Source: Pirellulales bacterium
Lineage (GTDB): Bacteria > Planctomycetota > Planctomycetia > Pirellulales > Pirellulaceae
Assembly: GCA_038215215.1 (NCBI GenBank)
Contig: JBBQRC010000001.1
Coordinates: 1-39,288 of the forward strand
Direction of reading: 5' to 3'
Length of the DNA stretch: 39,288 nucleotides
In this document: piece by piece, positions 18,554 through 28,381 of the stretch
Numbering within the stretch: the stretch's first letter is position 1
Layout of the letters: every line of letters begins with the position of its first letter
Notes under the pieces: model-generated
Seen by the model: only the letters and a program-made list of their open reading frames with translations
What the model was told of the DNA's origin: nothing
The model's database searches: none
Made by a program: the position numbers and the translations under genes

Positions 18554-19924
18554 ATGACTTTCCGCAGTATCAATCCCGCGACAAACGAAACACTCCTAGA
18601 ATTTGCGACCCTTCGCAACGATGAGGTGACGGCGGCGGTTGGCGCTGCCCACGAGGCTTATAGCGCCTGGCGCATGACCCAGTTTGAGCATCGCCAGCGG
18701 TGCGTGCTGAGAATTGCGGAACTGCTGAGAGCCAGCGCCGGCAAGTTCGCTCGGTTGATTACGCTTGAAATGGGTAAGCGGATTTCTGAAAGCCAATATG
18801 AGGTCGAATACTGCGCCAAAATCTGTGAATATTATGCCAACGGCGCCGAGGCATTTCTAGCGGACGAACCACTGGATGTCGCTGATGCCCAAGCGGTGAT
18901 TCGCTGCGAACCCATCGGTGTTCTGCTAGGAATCATGCCCTGGAACTTTCCGTTTTATCAAGTCGTTCGCTTCGCCGTGCCTAACACCATGGCTGGCAAC
19001 ACCGTGCTGGTAAAGCATGCCAGTAATGTGCCGCAGTGCGCGCAGGCGCTCGAACAACTGTTCGCCGCAAGTGGCTTGCCTCTAGGGGTCTATACAAACC
19101 TGTTCATTCCTACCGAATTTGTCGAGACGATCATCGCTGACCCGCGTGTCCGTGGGGTGTCATTGACTGGCAGCGAAAAGGCAGGTGCAGCGGTCGCGGC
19201 ATTGGCAGGCAAGAATTTGAAACGTAGCGTATTAGAACTTGGGGGAAATGATCCTTTCATCGTGCTCGAGGATGCAGATCTCGACTTGGCCATCAAAATG
19301 GCCATCAAAGGTCGGATGGTGAATGCGGGGCAATCATGTGTTGCTGCTAAACGATTCATCGTCGTGGCTTCGGTAGCGGAAAAGTTTTTAGCTGGATTTC
19401 GGCAGCAGATGTCTCAACTGATTCTGGGTGATCCGATGGACGCGGCAACCACGCTTGGCCCGCTGTCGTCAGAGCAAGCCGCCGTGAATCTGGCGCAGCA
19501 GGTTCAATCATCGATCAAAGCAGGAGCGACGGTGCTGCTAGGGGGCGATCGTCCGAATCGCAGTGGGGCCTTCTTCAACCCTACCATCTTAACGAGCGTG
19601 ACTCCGGACATGCCCACGTTTGATCAGGAGTTATTTGGGCCGGTGGCGACCGTCTACGTCGTGCAAGATGAGTCGGAAGCAATCCAATTGGCTAATCGGT
19701 CATCGTATGGTCTTGGCGGCAGCGTCTTCACCTCCGATGCGCAGCGCGGGCGTCGCGTGGCTGAACAAATTGAAAGTGGCATGGTGTTCCTCAACCAACC
19801 GACTCGGTCACAAGCCGAACTGCCCTTTGGCGGGGTTAAGAATTCCGGCTACGGTCGCGAATTGTCGCACCTGGGTATCCTGGAGTTTGTGAACAAGAAG
19901 CTGATTCACCTGGGTCCCCGCTAG
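18554..19924 (+). CDS. NAD(P)-dependent succinate-semialdehyde dehydrogenase-like aldehyde dehydrogenase (Sad/GabD type)
   Basis: IMPWNFP, KHASNVP, LTGSEKAG, LELGGNDP, NAGQSCVA (catalytic Cys), ELFGPV and PFGGVKNSGYGRE. Confidence 0.92.
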   Translation: MTFRSINPATNETLLEFATLRNDEVTAAVGAAHEAYSAWRMTQFEHRQRCVLRIAELLRASAGKFARLITLEMGKRISESQYEVEYCAKICEYYANGAEAFLADEPLDVADAQAVIRCEPIGVLLGIMPWNFPFYQVVRFAVPNTMAGNTVLVKHASNVPQCAQALEQLFAASGLPLGVYTNLFIPTEFVETIIADPRVRGVSLTGSEKAGAAVAALAGKNLKRSVLELGGNDPFIVLEDADLDLAIKMAIKGRMVNAGQSCVAAKRFIVVASVAEKFLAGFRQQMSQLILGDPMDAATTLGPLSSEQAAVNLAQQVQSSIKAGATVLLGGDRPNRSGAFFNPTILTSVTPDMPTFDQELFGPVATVYVVQDESEAIQLANRSSYGLGGSVFTSDAQRGRRVAEQIESGMVFLNQPTRSQAELPFGGVKNSGYGRELSHLGILEFVNKKLIHLGPR

Positions 19925-19996
19925 CTCACACCACACCTTTTTACGCATCCGTCCACTTCATTTCATGAATGACTCATACCAACTTAGGGCCAAGCC

Positions 19997-21013
19997 GTGA
20001 CAACTCAGACCATCAAATCACAACAGATCGAGCTTGCCTCACGTCCAAATGGTGCGCCCACGCTGTCTAACTTCAAGATGGCGACTGCAGAGCTGTCTCC
20101 CATTGGGGAAGGTGAGTTTTTGGTCAAGAATCTTTGGATGTCGGTTGACCCCTACATGCGCGGACGGATGAAGGCAGGCGAGAGCTACGTGCCCGCTTTC
20201 AAGATCGGAGAACCACTGGAGGGTGGTTGCATCGGTGAGGTCGTCGAGTCTCGTCATGAGCAATTTGCGCGAGGCGATAAGGTGTTGGGCAATCTTGGTT
20301 GGCGGGAGTACTGGAAATCCACCGGTCAGGGCGTGACCGTCGTCGACCCCGATCTGGTCCCCCTGCAAGCGTACCTCGGCGTATTGGGTATGACCGGCAT
20401 GACCGCCTGGGTTGGCTTAAACAAGATTGCCGAGTTGAAGTCTGGCAGCACCGTTTTCGTCTCCGCCGCCTCGGGTGCGGTGGGTTCAATTGTTTGCCAG
20501 CTTGCCAAAGCCAAAGAGTGCCGCGTGATTGGTAGCGCCGGAACGCCCGAAAAAATCGCGTGGCTTAAGGACAAAGCGGGAGTTGATGCCGTGATCAACT
20601 ACAAGGAAACCGACGATCTCGCCGGAGACCTCGCCAAATATGCTGCGGATGGTATCGATGTCTATTTTGACAATGTCGGCGGCGAACACTTAGAAGCTGC
20701 GATCGAAGTCATGAACGACTTCGGATGTTGCGTCGAATGCGGTATGATCTCGACCTATAATGCGACCGAGCCACCGGTGGCACCGCGAAATCTGTTTAAG
20801 GTGATTGCTAAACGGATACGCATGCAAGGCTTTATCGTCCGCGATCATCTGCAATTCCAAAACGAATTTATCCAAGAGATGGCGTCGTTGATCAACGCGA
20901 AGAAGGTAGTCTGGGAAGAAACTGTGACGAACGGGCTCGATCACGCTGCGGAGGCCTTCATCGGCTTGTTTGAAGGTGACAATCTCGGTAAGCAGCTAGT
21001 GCGTATCCCTTAA
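19997..21013 (+). CDS. NADP-dependent oxidoreductase (CurA/YncB, alkenal or prostaglandin reductase family)
   Basis: SVDPYMRGRM, LGMTGMTAW, VSAASGAVGS, DVYFDNVGG and CGMISTYN. Confidence 0.93.
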   Translation: MTTQTIKSQQIELASRPNGAPTLSNFKMATAELSPIGEGEFLVKNLWMSVDPYMRGRMKAGESYVPAFKIGEPLEGGCIGEVVESRHEQFARGDKVLGNLGWREYWKSTGQGVTVVDPDLVPLQAYLGVLGMTGMTAWVGLNKIAELKSGSTVFVSAASGAVGSIVCQLAKAKECRVIGSAGTPEKIAWLKDKAGVDAVINYKETDDLAGDLAKYAADGIDVYFDNVGGEHLEAAIEVMNDFGCCVECGMISTYNATEPPVAPRNLFKVIAKRIRMQGFIVRDHLQFQNEFIQEMASLINAKKVVWEETVTNGLDHAAEAFIGLFEGDNLGKQLVRIP

Positions 21014-21106
21014 TGTGCTGACTCGCCATAGACTTGCGTGCCGTCGTCTGTTCGCTCCTTGCGCGAACGTCTAGACATGTTCAGGCCCGCGGCTTTGCAG
21101 CGTGTC

Positions 21107-22570
21107 TCACGTGCCGCAGAATGTCGCACACACGACTTCATCGGGCAATGGCGCGGCCTCGAACTGGGCGAATTCCGGTTGCTCGTCGAACGGCCGCCGC
21201 AAAACATCGTTGAGGCGCTGAAAGGGTGCAAAGTCGCCAGCATTGCCTGCTTTGATCGCCTCCTCGATGCGATGATTACGTGGCATGAAAATTGGGTTGG
21301 TTCGGCGCATCAAGGCGATTGCCTCGTCGTGGTCGATAGCCCGCATGCGGGCTCGCCAATCTTGCAGCCAGGAGACAATCGTAGCGGGTTGGTCAAACAG
21401 CGAAATAACGTCTAGGTCCTGACCACTTGCGAGCGCGTTGGAAAGATGGCGAAACACAAGCGTGAAATCTGCGTTATCGGATGCCATGGCGGACAACAGG
21501 GATTCCACCAGACTCCAGTCTGCGTCGTCGCCGCCCGACTCGATACCAATCTTGGACAAGAAACGCTTTTGAAGTTCGTGGCGGTGAATATCGGCGAATG
21601 AACCAAGAGCAGCTTCGGCTTGCGCGATGGACCGCTGCGGGTCGTCGTCGAGTAGCGGCAGCAGGGTTTCGGCCAAGCGGCTTAGATTCCAATGCGCGAT
21701 TGCCCCCTGATTGCCAAAGGCGTAACGTCCCTGTTGGTCAATCGAACTAAACGTCTGTAATGGATGGAAGCGATCCATAAAAGCACAGGGACCGTAGTCG
21801 ATGGTCTCTCCCGCGACGCTCATGTTATCCGTGTTCATCACCCCGTGGATGAAACCTAGTTGCATCCAGTGGGCAATCAATTTGGCCTGCCTTTCAATCA
21901 CTCCTGCCAGCAAAGCCAGATAACGATTCTCTGCTTGCAACGCGGCGGGATAGTGACGCTGAATGACGTAATCAGCCAGCACTTTCAAATTCGTGTGATC
22001 CCGGCGGGACGCGAACCATTGAAAGGTGCCGATACGGATGTGCGACTGGGCAACGCGGGTGAAAACGCCTCCTGGCACGAGGCCATCACGCAAAACTTTG
22101 TCACCGCTGGCGACCGCTGCGAGGGCGCGGGTCGTGGGAACCCCCAGGGCAGCCATCGCTTCGGATACGAGGTATTCGCGCAATACTGGGCCCAATGCGG
22201 AGCGTCCGTCACCCCGGCGCGAAAAAGGGGTGGGACCGGAACCTTTGAGCTGGATGTCGTAGCGCGCGCCGTTAAGATCGATGACTTCACCCAGCAAAAT
22301 GGCGCGACCATCGCCAAGTTGCGGTGAGAAGCCACCAAATTGATGCCCAGAATAAGCCATCGCCAGCGGCTCCGAGCCCTCCGCAAGTTGGTTTCCAGAG
22401 AGCACAGCGAGCCCCTCCGCCGAATCAAGGCTGACAGGGTCAATACCAAGTTCTGCGGCCAACTCATGGTTCAGGCGGATCATTACCGGCGCGCTGACCG
22501 GGGTGGGAGCAACCGCCGCAAAAAAATCACTGGGAAGTCGGGCGAAGCTGTTATCGAATACAAAGGGCAT
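21107..22570 (-). CDS. selO: Protein adenylyltransferase SelO (YdiU family)
   Basis: YSGHQFG, LGDGRA, QLKGSGPTPFSRRGDGR, GFIHGVMNTDNM, IDYGP and C-terminal TFCGT. Confidence 0.96.
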   Translation of the reverse strand: MPFVFDNSFARLPSDFFAAVAPTPVSAPVMIRLNHELAAELGIDPVSLDSAEGLAVLSGNQLAEGSEPLAMAYSGHQFGGFSPQLGDGRAILLGEVIDLNGARYDIQLKGSGPTPFSRRGDGRSALGPVLREYLVSEAMAALGVPTTRALAAVASGDKVLRDGLVPGGVFTRVAQSHIRIGTFQWFASRRDHTNLKVLADYVIQRHYPAALQAENRYLALLAGVIERQAKLIAHWMQLGFIHGVMNTDNMSVAGETIDYGPCAFMDRFHPLQTFSSIDQQGRYAFGNQGAIAHWNLSRLAETLLPLLDDDPQRSIAQAEAALGSFADIHRHELQKRFLSKIGIESGGDDADWSLVESLLSAMASDNADFTLVFRHLSNALASGQDLDVISLFDQPATIVSWLQDWRARMRAIDHDEAIALMRRTNPIFMPRNHRIEEAIKAGNAGDFAPFQRLNDVLRRPFDEQPEFAQFEAAPLPDEVVCATFCGT

Positions 22571-22806
22571 AAGCAGCCATTTAAAAAGTGAGCAGTGCTG
22601 TCCAGCTAATATCTTCGTTGTACTCCAGCAGCGCCTACTTGATAAGACGATGAACTGCTGTGGATACTACCATTGCGAGTTGCTCAACTGCGGCCTAAAT
22701 ACTCTCGCGCGTTTCAGAGCCGGAGCGTCCAAGAGCCATCCGGCGTCACCGTTTTCAACATCGCATCAGCTGCTCCCAACTTTTTGCATCAGGTCGAAAC
22801 GCATCA

Positions 22807-24210
22807 ATGAAAGTTCAACAGGAAGCTGAGCAAGCACTTGCAGACGGATTTGCAGCCATCGAGAAACAGTTCTATTTGCCAGGTGAATTCCCGGCGAAAG
22901 TTCTCGATGCAGCGGCTGTTTCGGCCAAATCAATACCTTCCCATCAGGTCATCGACCGCGTCGCTCGCCTCAACGCAACGGACATCCCTTACATTACGCT
23001 TGACCCGGCGACGTCAACGGATCTTGACCAAGCATTTCATCTGTCCCGCGACGGAGATGAAATTGTCCTCTCGTATGCGCTCGCAGACCTCAGCAGTTTT
23101 GTTCCCGAAGGAGGCCCAGTCGAGGTCGAGGCCTGGCAAAGAGGTGTGACGATTTACGGGTTGGCCCAAAAGGTGCTGCTTTATCCGCGAACAATTTCGC
23201 AACAAGCGGCGAGTCTCCTGCCAGACGGCCCTCGCCCGGCGGTGCAAGTGAACACGGGGATCAGTTCAAAAGGTTGCTTGCGACTGCATAGTGTGGAACG
23301 CATCGTCTGTGCCAGTCGCCAGAAACTAGCTTACAACTCCGTCAACCTCCGTGCGATTCCGTACCTGGAGCAGTTCGCGGAAAGGATGTGGTTGAACGAG
23401 GCACAAAGAGGGTCCGTGCGGTTTGAATTTCCGCAGCAAGAGGTCGTCGCCGATACGACTGCGCACGGTGGCGTTCGCCTTGAGCTGCGATCACCGCTGT
23501 ACTCCGAAATCGTCAACTCCGCGTTGTCGTTGGCCACCAATATGGTGCTTGGCGAATTACTGAAGAATGCCAAGGTCGGTCTGTTTCGAGTGATGGACGA
23601 GCCGGCGAGTCGAGCAATGGAGCGACTGCGGCGTGAAGCGGACGCGCTGAAGATTCCTTGGGCAGAAGATGAATCGATCAAGGATGTGCAGCGTCGACTC
23701 GACCCCAACAACATTGTTCATCAGCGGTTTCTATTGATCGCCCGACGCGCTGGTGGCAGCGCGAGCTATGCAGTTTACTCCGATAAGAAACTTCCTTGGC
23801 ACGCGGCCATTGGCGCCACTTATGTGCATGCGACGGCTCCCATGCGGCGACTGGCAGATCGTTATGTGCTGGATCTGGCGTACTTGCTGACCCACAGCGA
23901 AACGATTCCCACAGAGTTGCTTGCGAAACTTGATGCACTGCCGGCAGTAATGGCTGCGGCGGATGGAAAAGCTAAGGGAGTGGACCGCGCGGTGATTGAT
24001 CTTATCGAAGCGGTCTCGCTGCAGCATCGTGTGGGAGAAATCCTGGAGGCGGCGGTGGTCGACGCAGAAGCAGGTATTGTGCAAACCTTCGATTCTGCCA
24101 TCCGCTCACGTGCGGCTCAGCTGCTGAACGTCTCGAACGGAGACACGGTTCGTGTCCGCATTGACAAAGCGGACCCCTCGACACGCCAAGTGGTCTTAAC
24201 GGCGATATAA
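22807..24210 (+). CDS. RNB-domain ribonuclease (compact RNase II/R family)
   Basis: TLDPATSTDLDQAF, EAWQRGVTIY and YVHATAPMRRLADRY, with a short S1-like C-terminus. Confidence 0.88.
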   Translation: MKVQQEAEQALADGFAAIEKQFYLPGEFPAKVLDAAAVSAKSIPSHQVIDRVARLNATDIPYITLDPATSTDLDQAFHLSRDGDEIVLSYALADLSSFVPEGGPVEVEAWQRGVTIYGLAQKVLLYPRTISQQAASLLPDGPRPAVQVNTGISSKGCLRLHSVERIVCASRQKLAYNSVNLRAIPYLEQFAERMWLNEAQRGSVRFEFPQQEVVADTTAHGGVRLELRSPLYSEIVNSALSLATNMVLGELLKNAKVGLFRVMDEPASRAMERLRREADALKIPWAEDESIKDVQRRLDPNNIVHQRFLLIARRAGGSASYAVYSDKKLPWHAAIGATYVHATAPMRRLADRYVLDLAYLLTHSETIPTELLAKLDALPAVMAAADGKAKGVDRAVIDLIEAVSLQHRVGEILEAAVVDAEAGIVQTFDSAIRSRAAQLLNVSNGDTVRVRIDKADPSTRQVVLTAI

Positions 24211-24223
24211 ATTGACGCTGGCC

Positions 24224-25498
24224 TCAATGGTTATTGCGCGGCCAACGCAATTGAAACTGCGCGCCACCCAGTGGGCTGGTGCCAACGGTCACTTCACCAT
24301 TCAAACGCTGGCAGATGCGGCGCACCAAGGCGAGCCCCAGCCCGGTCCCGGGTGGTGAGTTGCCGGAAAGACGCTTGAACGGCTCAAACACCAACTCGCG
24401 ATCGCACTCTGCAATCCCGTCACCGTCATCATCAACAGAAATAATCACGCGTTCGCCCTCAGTCCGTAGGCTGATCTCCACTTTGCATTTTGCATATTTG
24501 CTGGCATTGCTGACCAAGTTGCCGATCGCCCGTAACAAGCCCGCACGGTAGGTGGTCAGTTCGACAGGGGGCGAAGCTCCAGCTACTGCAAACTGAATTT
24601 TCGGGTACAGTGACCCGTAAATTTCGATCGTTTCACAGACCACGTCATGGGCTGATACGAGTTCGCATTCGGCAACTTCCGTCGCTTCGTCCAATCGCGC
24701 GTAGTCAATGAGCTCACCCACCAAATCATCCAGCTTGTCTGTGGCCTCGTCGATTGAGTCGATGCGCTGCAGGCGTTTAGCCTGATCGTCAGCAGAGCGG
24801 ACTAGTTCGGTTGCGAATTTAATCCGCGCCAGTGGAGTTCGCAGTTCATGGGAAACTGCTTGGAGTAATTCTTTTTGCGAACGCAGCAGCGTTTCAATTC
24901 GGGCTGCCATGCGGTTAAACGCGTCCACGATCGGCAAGCCACGTTTGAATTTGCGAGCATCAATACGCGCCGAAAAATCTCCGCTGGCAATCGCCAAGGC
25001 AGTACGCTCAACCATGCGAAATTGCGTAGCGATGGGACGCATGAGAATAGCGATCGCTGCAGCCGCTAGCAGAAATACACTGCCCAAACCGAGCAACACA
25101 TCCCGGCGGGTAGGGCCGACGAATCGCGGTAACGGGCCAAGTTCGAGCAGGAAATCCGTGTTAGGAATCGCGACTTCGATATTGGAAGCATACAGTACCG
25201 GTTCGCCGCGATCGAGTCTCGCTTGCTGTGAAGCTGACAGCGGTTGGTCAGCGTTGCGTACCAGGTTGACGGGATACGCAAAGCGGGCGCGAATTTCGGC
25301 CAGTGATTGTTCGAACTGAGCTTCGCCACCCGCGATCAGCTCGTCGCGCGCTAACAGGGCACCACCACCCAAAGCCCGCTCGATCACCGCCACATTTTCC
25401 GCTTCTGTCGAACCACGTAGCACGTAAGCCTGGATAACCCAAGCTACAAACAGGATCAGAATAACACCTAGGTAAAACTGCAGGAACAAACGGGTCAT
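24224..25498 (-). CDS. Sensor histidine kinase with HAMP domain (RstB-like)
   Basis: Two TM segments, HAMP domain, H-box VSHELRTPL, N-box NLVSNA and G boxes DDGDGI and GTGLGL. Confidence 0.93.
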   Translation of the reverse strand: MTRLFLQFYLGVILILFVAWVIQAYVLRGSTEAENVAVIERALGGGALLARDELIAGGEAQFEQSLAEIRARFAYPVNLVRNADQPLSASQQARLDRGEPVLYASNIEVAIPNTDFLLELGPLPRFVGPTRRDVLLGLGSVFLLAAAAIAILMRPIATQFRMVERTALAIASGDFSARIDARKFKRGLPIVDAFNRMAARIETLLRSQKELLQAVSHELRTPLARIKFATELVRSADDQAKRLQRIDSIDEATDKLDDLVGELIDYARLDEATEVAECELVSAHDVVCETIEIYGSLYPKIQFAVAGASPPVELTTYRAGLLRAIGNLVSNASKYAKCKVEISLRTEGERVIISVDDDGDGIAECDRELVFEPFKRLSGNSPPGTGLGLALVRRICQRLNGEVTVGTSPLGGAQFQLRWPRNNH

Positions 25499-26202
25499 GT
25501 TGGTTTGGCCATCAGATAACCCACGCCACGAATCGATTTGATGCGGGTGGGTTGATTTGGGTCATCGTGCAGCTTGCGACGCAATCGCGACACGCGTAAA
25601 TCGATGGAGCGATCCACACCATCGTATGGCAGCTCCACGAGATCCGTGTAAATATCCTTACGTTGCACTACCTTGCCGGCGCGTAGCGCTAAATACAGCA
25701 GCAGGTCAAACTCAGCAGTCGTCAGTTCAATGTCCTGACTGGCCAGACGCACCGTGCGACTCCTGGGTTCGATGTGCAAATCACCCACAGTGACAGACTC
25801 GTTGATTGCCTGGCCTTCGACGCTGGCGGCTTCCAGCACGTCCCCGCGTCGCAGATGAACCTTCAGTCTCGCTAATAATGCGTGGGGACGGACGGGCTTA
25901 CTCATAAAGTCATCGGCGCCCATCTCCAACGCGACCACTTCGTCTATTTCTTCGCCGCGTGCCGTTAAAACGATGATTGGACCGCTAAATTGCGGGCGCA
26001 CGGTCCGACAGACGATAAAGCCATCGGTGCTTGGCAAGCCAATATCCAGAACGACTGCATCATAACTCTCACGACCAATGCGCTGGATGGCCACTCGTCC
26101 ATCAGATTCAATGGTGACGTCAAAGTTCTGTTCCACCAGAAAGTCTCGCACCATACGGGCCAATGCCGGGTCATCCTCAACGATTAATATATGCTGTCGC
26201 AA
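25495..26202 (-). CDS. OmpR/PhoB-family response regulator (RstA-like)
   Basis: ILIVEDD, VLDIGLP, KP, and winged helix LTTAEFDLL...DRSIDLRVSRLRRKL...IRGVGY. 4-bp overlap with the kinase. Confidence 0.95.
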   Translation of the reverse strand: MRQHILIVEDDPALARMVRDFLVEQNFDVTIESDGRVAIQRIGRESYDAVVLDIGLPSTDGFIVCRTVRPQFSGPIIVLTARGEEIDEVVALEMGADDFMSKPVRPHALLARLKVHLRRGDVLEAASVEGQAINESVTVGDLHIEPRSRTVRLASQDIELTTAEFDLLLYLALRAGKVVQRKDIYTDLVELPYDGVDRSIDLRVSRLRRKLHDDPNQPTRIKSIRGVGYLMAKPT

Positions 26203-26243
26203 TGTCTGGCTCGCGTGAGAGATGGGCAGTCATGTTTCGGTCT

Positions 26244-26273
26244 ATTCTAGTTGCCTGCAGGCGATGGTCGCAA
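26244..26273 (-). promoter_or_regulatory. Possible sigma-70 promoter for the two-component operon
   Basis: Minus strand reads TTGCGA, 18 bp spacer, TAGAAT, about 40 bp upstream of the response-regulator start. Confidence 0.4.
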
Positions 26274-26658
26274 GCGACTGCCCCTCGATACACTGAGCCA
26301 CGACAGACTGCGCCACGACTCAGAGCCATGAGCAGAATGGCAAATTTCACCTGCCCAATGTCAGCGCTGTGTCCTGGTCGGTGGGATGATTAGCCGCGGC
26401 GGTAGCGTCCCAGCCCGTGCGATTAGGCCAAATACAACGAAAAATTAATACTTCTGGCGTGCTTTCAGGCTGCGAATTTGCCATACTCTGACAGTGGTGG
26501 AGGGCTCGGCAAGTGTGGTCTCCATACCAGCCTGTGGGAGTGCTCTGCCGCGATACGTGACGCAGAAGCAAATTCTTGCGACGCGCCTTGAGCAGTACTA
26601 TTCGAATGTTCTTTAAAGCGGACTAGTCTCTTTCTTTTCTTGTAAGGAACCCCGATTG

Positions 26659-27705
26659 ATGTTTCATTCAAAGCGGCGTTTAGCGTTCACTCTGGTGGAA
26701 CTTCTGGTGGTCATTGCCATCATCGGTATCCTGGTGGGTCTGTTATTACCTGCCGTCCAATCCGCGCGCGAAGCAGCCCGGCGGATGCAGTGTAGTAACA
26801 ATCTCAAGCAGATGGGGTTGGCCATTCATAACCACGAATCGACTTACAAAAATATCCCAGCCAGTGAGATCACCATTCCAGCTGCAATGTATCCAACGTC
26901 ACCACCCAATCCCTATGGTCAACGAGCCACCTTTGGTACTTTGTTCCAAATCCTGCCGTACTTGGAGCAGTCTACCGTCTATAACTTGTTTGATCGAAAA
27001 CGTGCTTACATTGATCCGATCAATATGCCGCCTGCTTATGGAACGGCTAGCCCTGCAGGCTTTACCAAAATTTCCGCATATGTCTGTCCTTCTACGCCCA
27101 GTGACCCGCCATCGGATTACGGCCCTTATTTCGCGAGTATCGGCTTGGCTCTCGGTCCTTTTGTACTGCCCCGTACCGATTACATTCCCATCAAAGGGAT
27201 TCACGGAGCTTCGTTAGGAGTCTGTGCAGGCATGCCGAATGCTAACACTCGCAACGGTCTGCTGGGAACAAATAACTCGGAGACCAAACAGAGCATCAAG
27301 TTTGCCGAGGTCACCGATGGGCTTTCCAACACCATTTTATTTGGTGAATTGGCAGGTCGGCAGAAATTGTATTTCCGCGGTCAGGCCACGCCGGGCACGA
27401 CTTTGACGGCCGCGGTCGCTCCCAATACCGTTCCCGGCTTAACCCTGAATTCATTTTATGGCGACCACAACACCGCCCGCGAAATCCGTTCTTACAGCGG
27501 CGCGAACATCAACACGCCGAGTCAAATTGGCTGTTCCAGCATCAATATTTACAACGAAAATGGGCTGTATTCGTTCCACACCGGCGGGATTCAGGTCGCC
27601 ATGGGGGACGGTTCGGTATCATTTTTATCCCAGTCGATTTCAGCCACCGTTTACGCGGCTTTGATCACTCGGGATGGGGGCGAAACTGTGAGTCTCGAGC
27701 AATAG
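26659..27705 (+). CDS. DUF1559 family prepilin-type (PulG-like) protein
   Basis: AFTLVELLVVIAIIGILVGLLLPAVQSAREAARRMQCSNNLKQ, VTDGLSNT and the H-X9-DG motif HTGGIQVAMGDG. Confidence 0.96.
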   Translation: MFHSKRRLAFTLVELLVVIAIIGILVGLLLPAVQSAREAARRMQCSNNLKQMGLAIHNHESTYKNIPASEITIPAAMYPTSPPNPYGQRATFGTLFQILPYLEQSTVYNLFDRKRAYIDPINMPPAYGTASPAGFTKISAYVCPSTPSDPPSDYGPYFASIGLALGPFVLPRTDYIPIKGIHGASLGVCAGMPNANTRNGLLGTNNSETKQSIKFAEVTDGLSNTILFGELAGRQKLYFRGQATPGTTLTAAVAPNTVPGLTLNSFYGDHNTAREIRSYSGANINTPSQIGCSSINIYNENGLYSFHTGGIQVAMGDGSVSFLSQSISATVYAALITRDGGETVSLEQ

Positions 27706-27810
27706 TCAGGTTGCAACTCAGTGCGCTCATCATCAAGCCAGTTTTCCGTTTTTCGAAGAGAACTGGCTTTCCAATACGCTGCGACCTTTTTGATCAGGAT
27801 CACTTGGACC

Positions 27811-28236
27811 ATGAAATCGAATTGTGCATTCCTCTGGCTCGCAGCGATTGTGTGTCTTGGTTTCCTGGGGTGTAGTGCCTCATCCAAACTTGTTCCTGTC
27901 AACGGTGCTGTATCGGTAAAAGGGAAGCCGGCCGAGGGTGCCATCATTATGTTTCATCCCGGGGACCCAACCTTGGCTACGGCATCGGCTGTGGCAGAAG
28001 CGGACGGTAATTTTAAGATCGTCTCGGGAGGAGAACCGGGGATCTTACCGGGACAGTACAAGGTGACTGTGATGTGGCCCGATCCTACCAAGCAGCCCAC
28101 TCAAGCACAGATCATGATGGGTACCGGAGAGCCGGGCCCGGATTTGCTCAAAGGGAAGTATTCCTCCAAGTCGGTCACGACGTTGACTGCCGATATTACT
28201 TCCAGCACAACAACTCTTCCACCCTTTGATCTCTAG
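27811..28236 (+). CDS. Putative lipoprotein with carboxypeptidase-regulatory-like (transthyretin-like) domain, typical DUF1559 partner
   Basis: Lipobox FLGC, VPVNGAVSVKGKPAEGA, PGQYKVTV and C-terminal FDL. Confidence 0.85.
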   Translation: MKSNCAFLWLAAIVCLGFLGCSASSKLVPVNGAVSVKGKPAEGAIIMFHPGDPTLATASAVAEADGNFKIVSGGEPGILPGQYKVTVMWPDPTKQPTQAQIMMGTGEPGPDLLKGKYSSKSVTTLTADITSSTTTLPPFDL

Positions 28237-28381
28237 TGCAAGATACGAAAGACGGCGTGAAGTTCCCCACCAGGCTAGCGACTGAACTAAGGTCGCGGAT
28301 CGCCCCCGCAGGGAGCGGTCAACGCCCACGAAGACGACCTGCGAGGTAGAAAAAAACTCGCGAAATTAATAAGATTCCTGC

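Noticed and set aside
21070-21109. Selenocysteine read-through at the selO TGA (CGT-TGA resembles CxxU)
   Set aside because: TFCGT is a normal bacterial YdiU C-terminus with Cys at the Sec-equivalent position, and I see no convincing SECIS hairpin after the TGA.
18400-28300. Genomic island
   Set aside because: The gene content looks accessory, but I see no integrase, tRNA, flanking direct repeats or clear compositional break.
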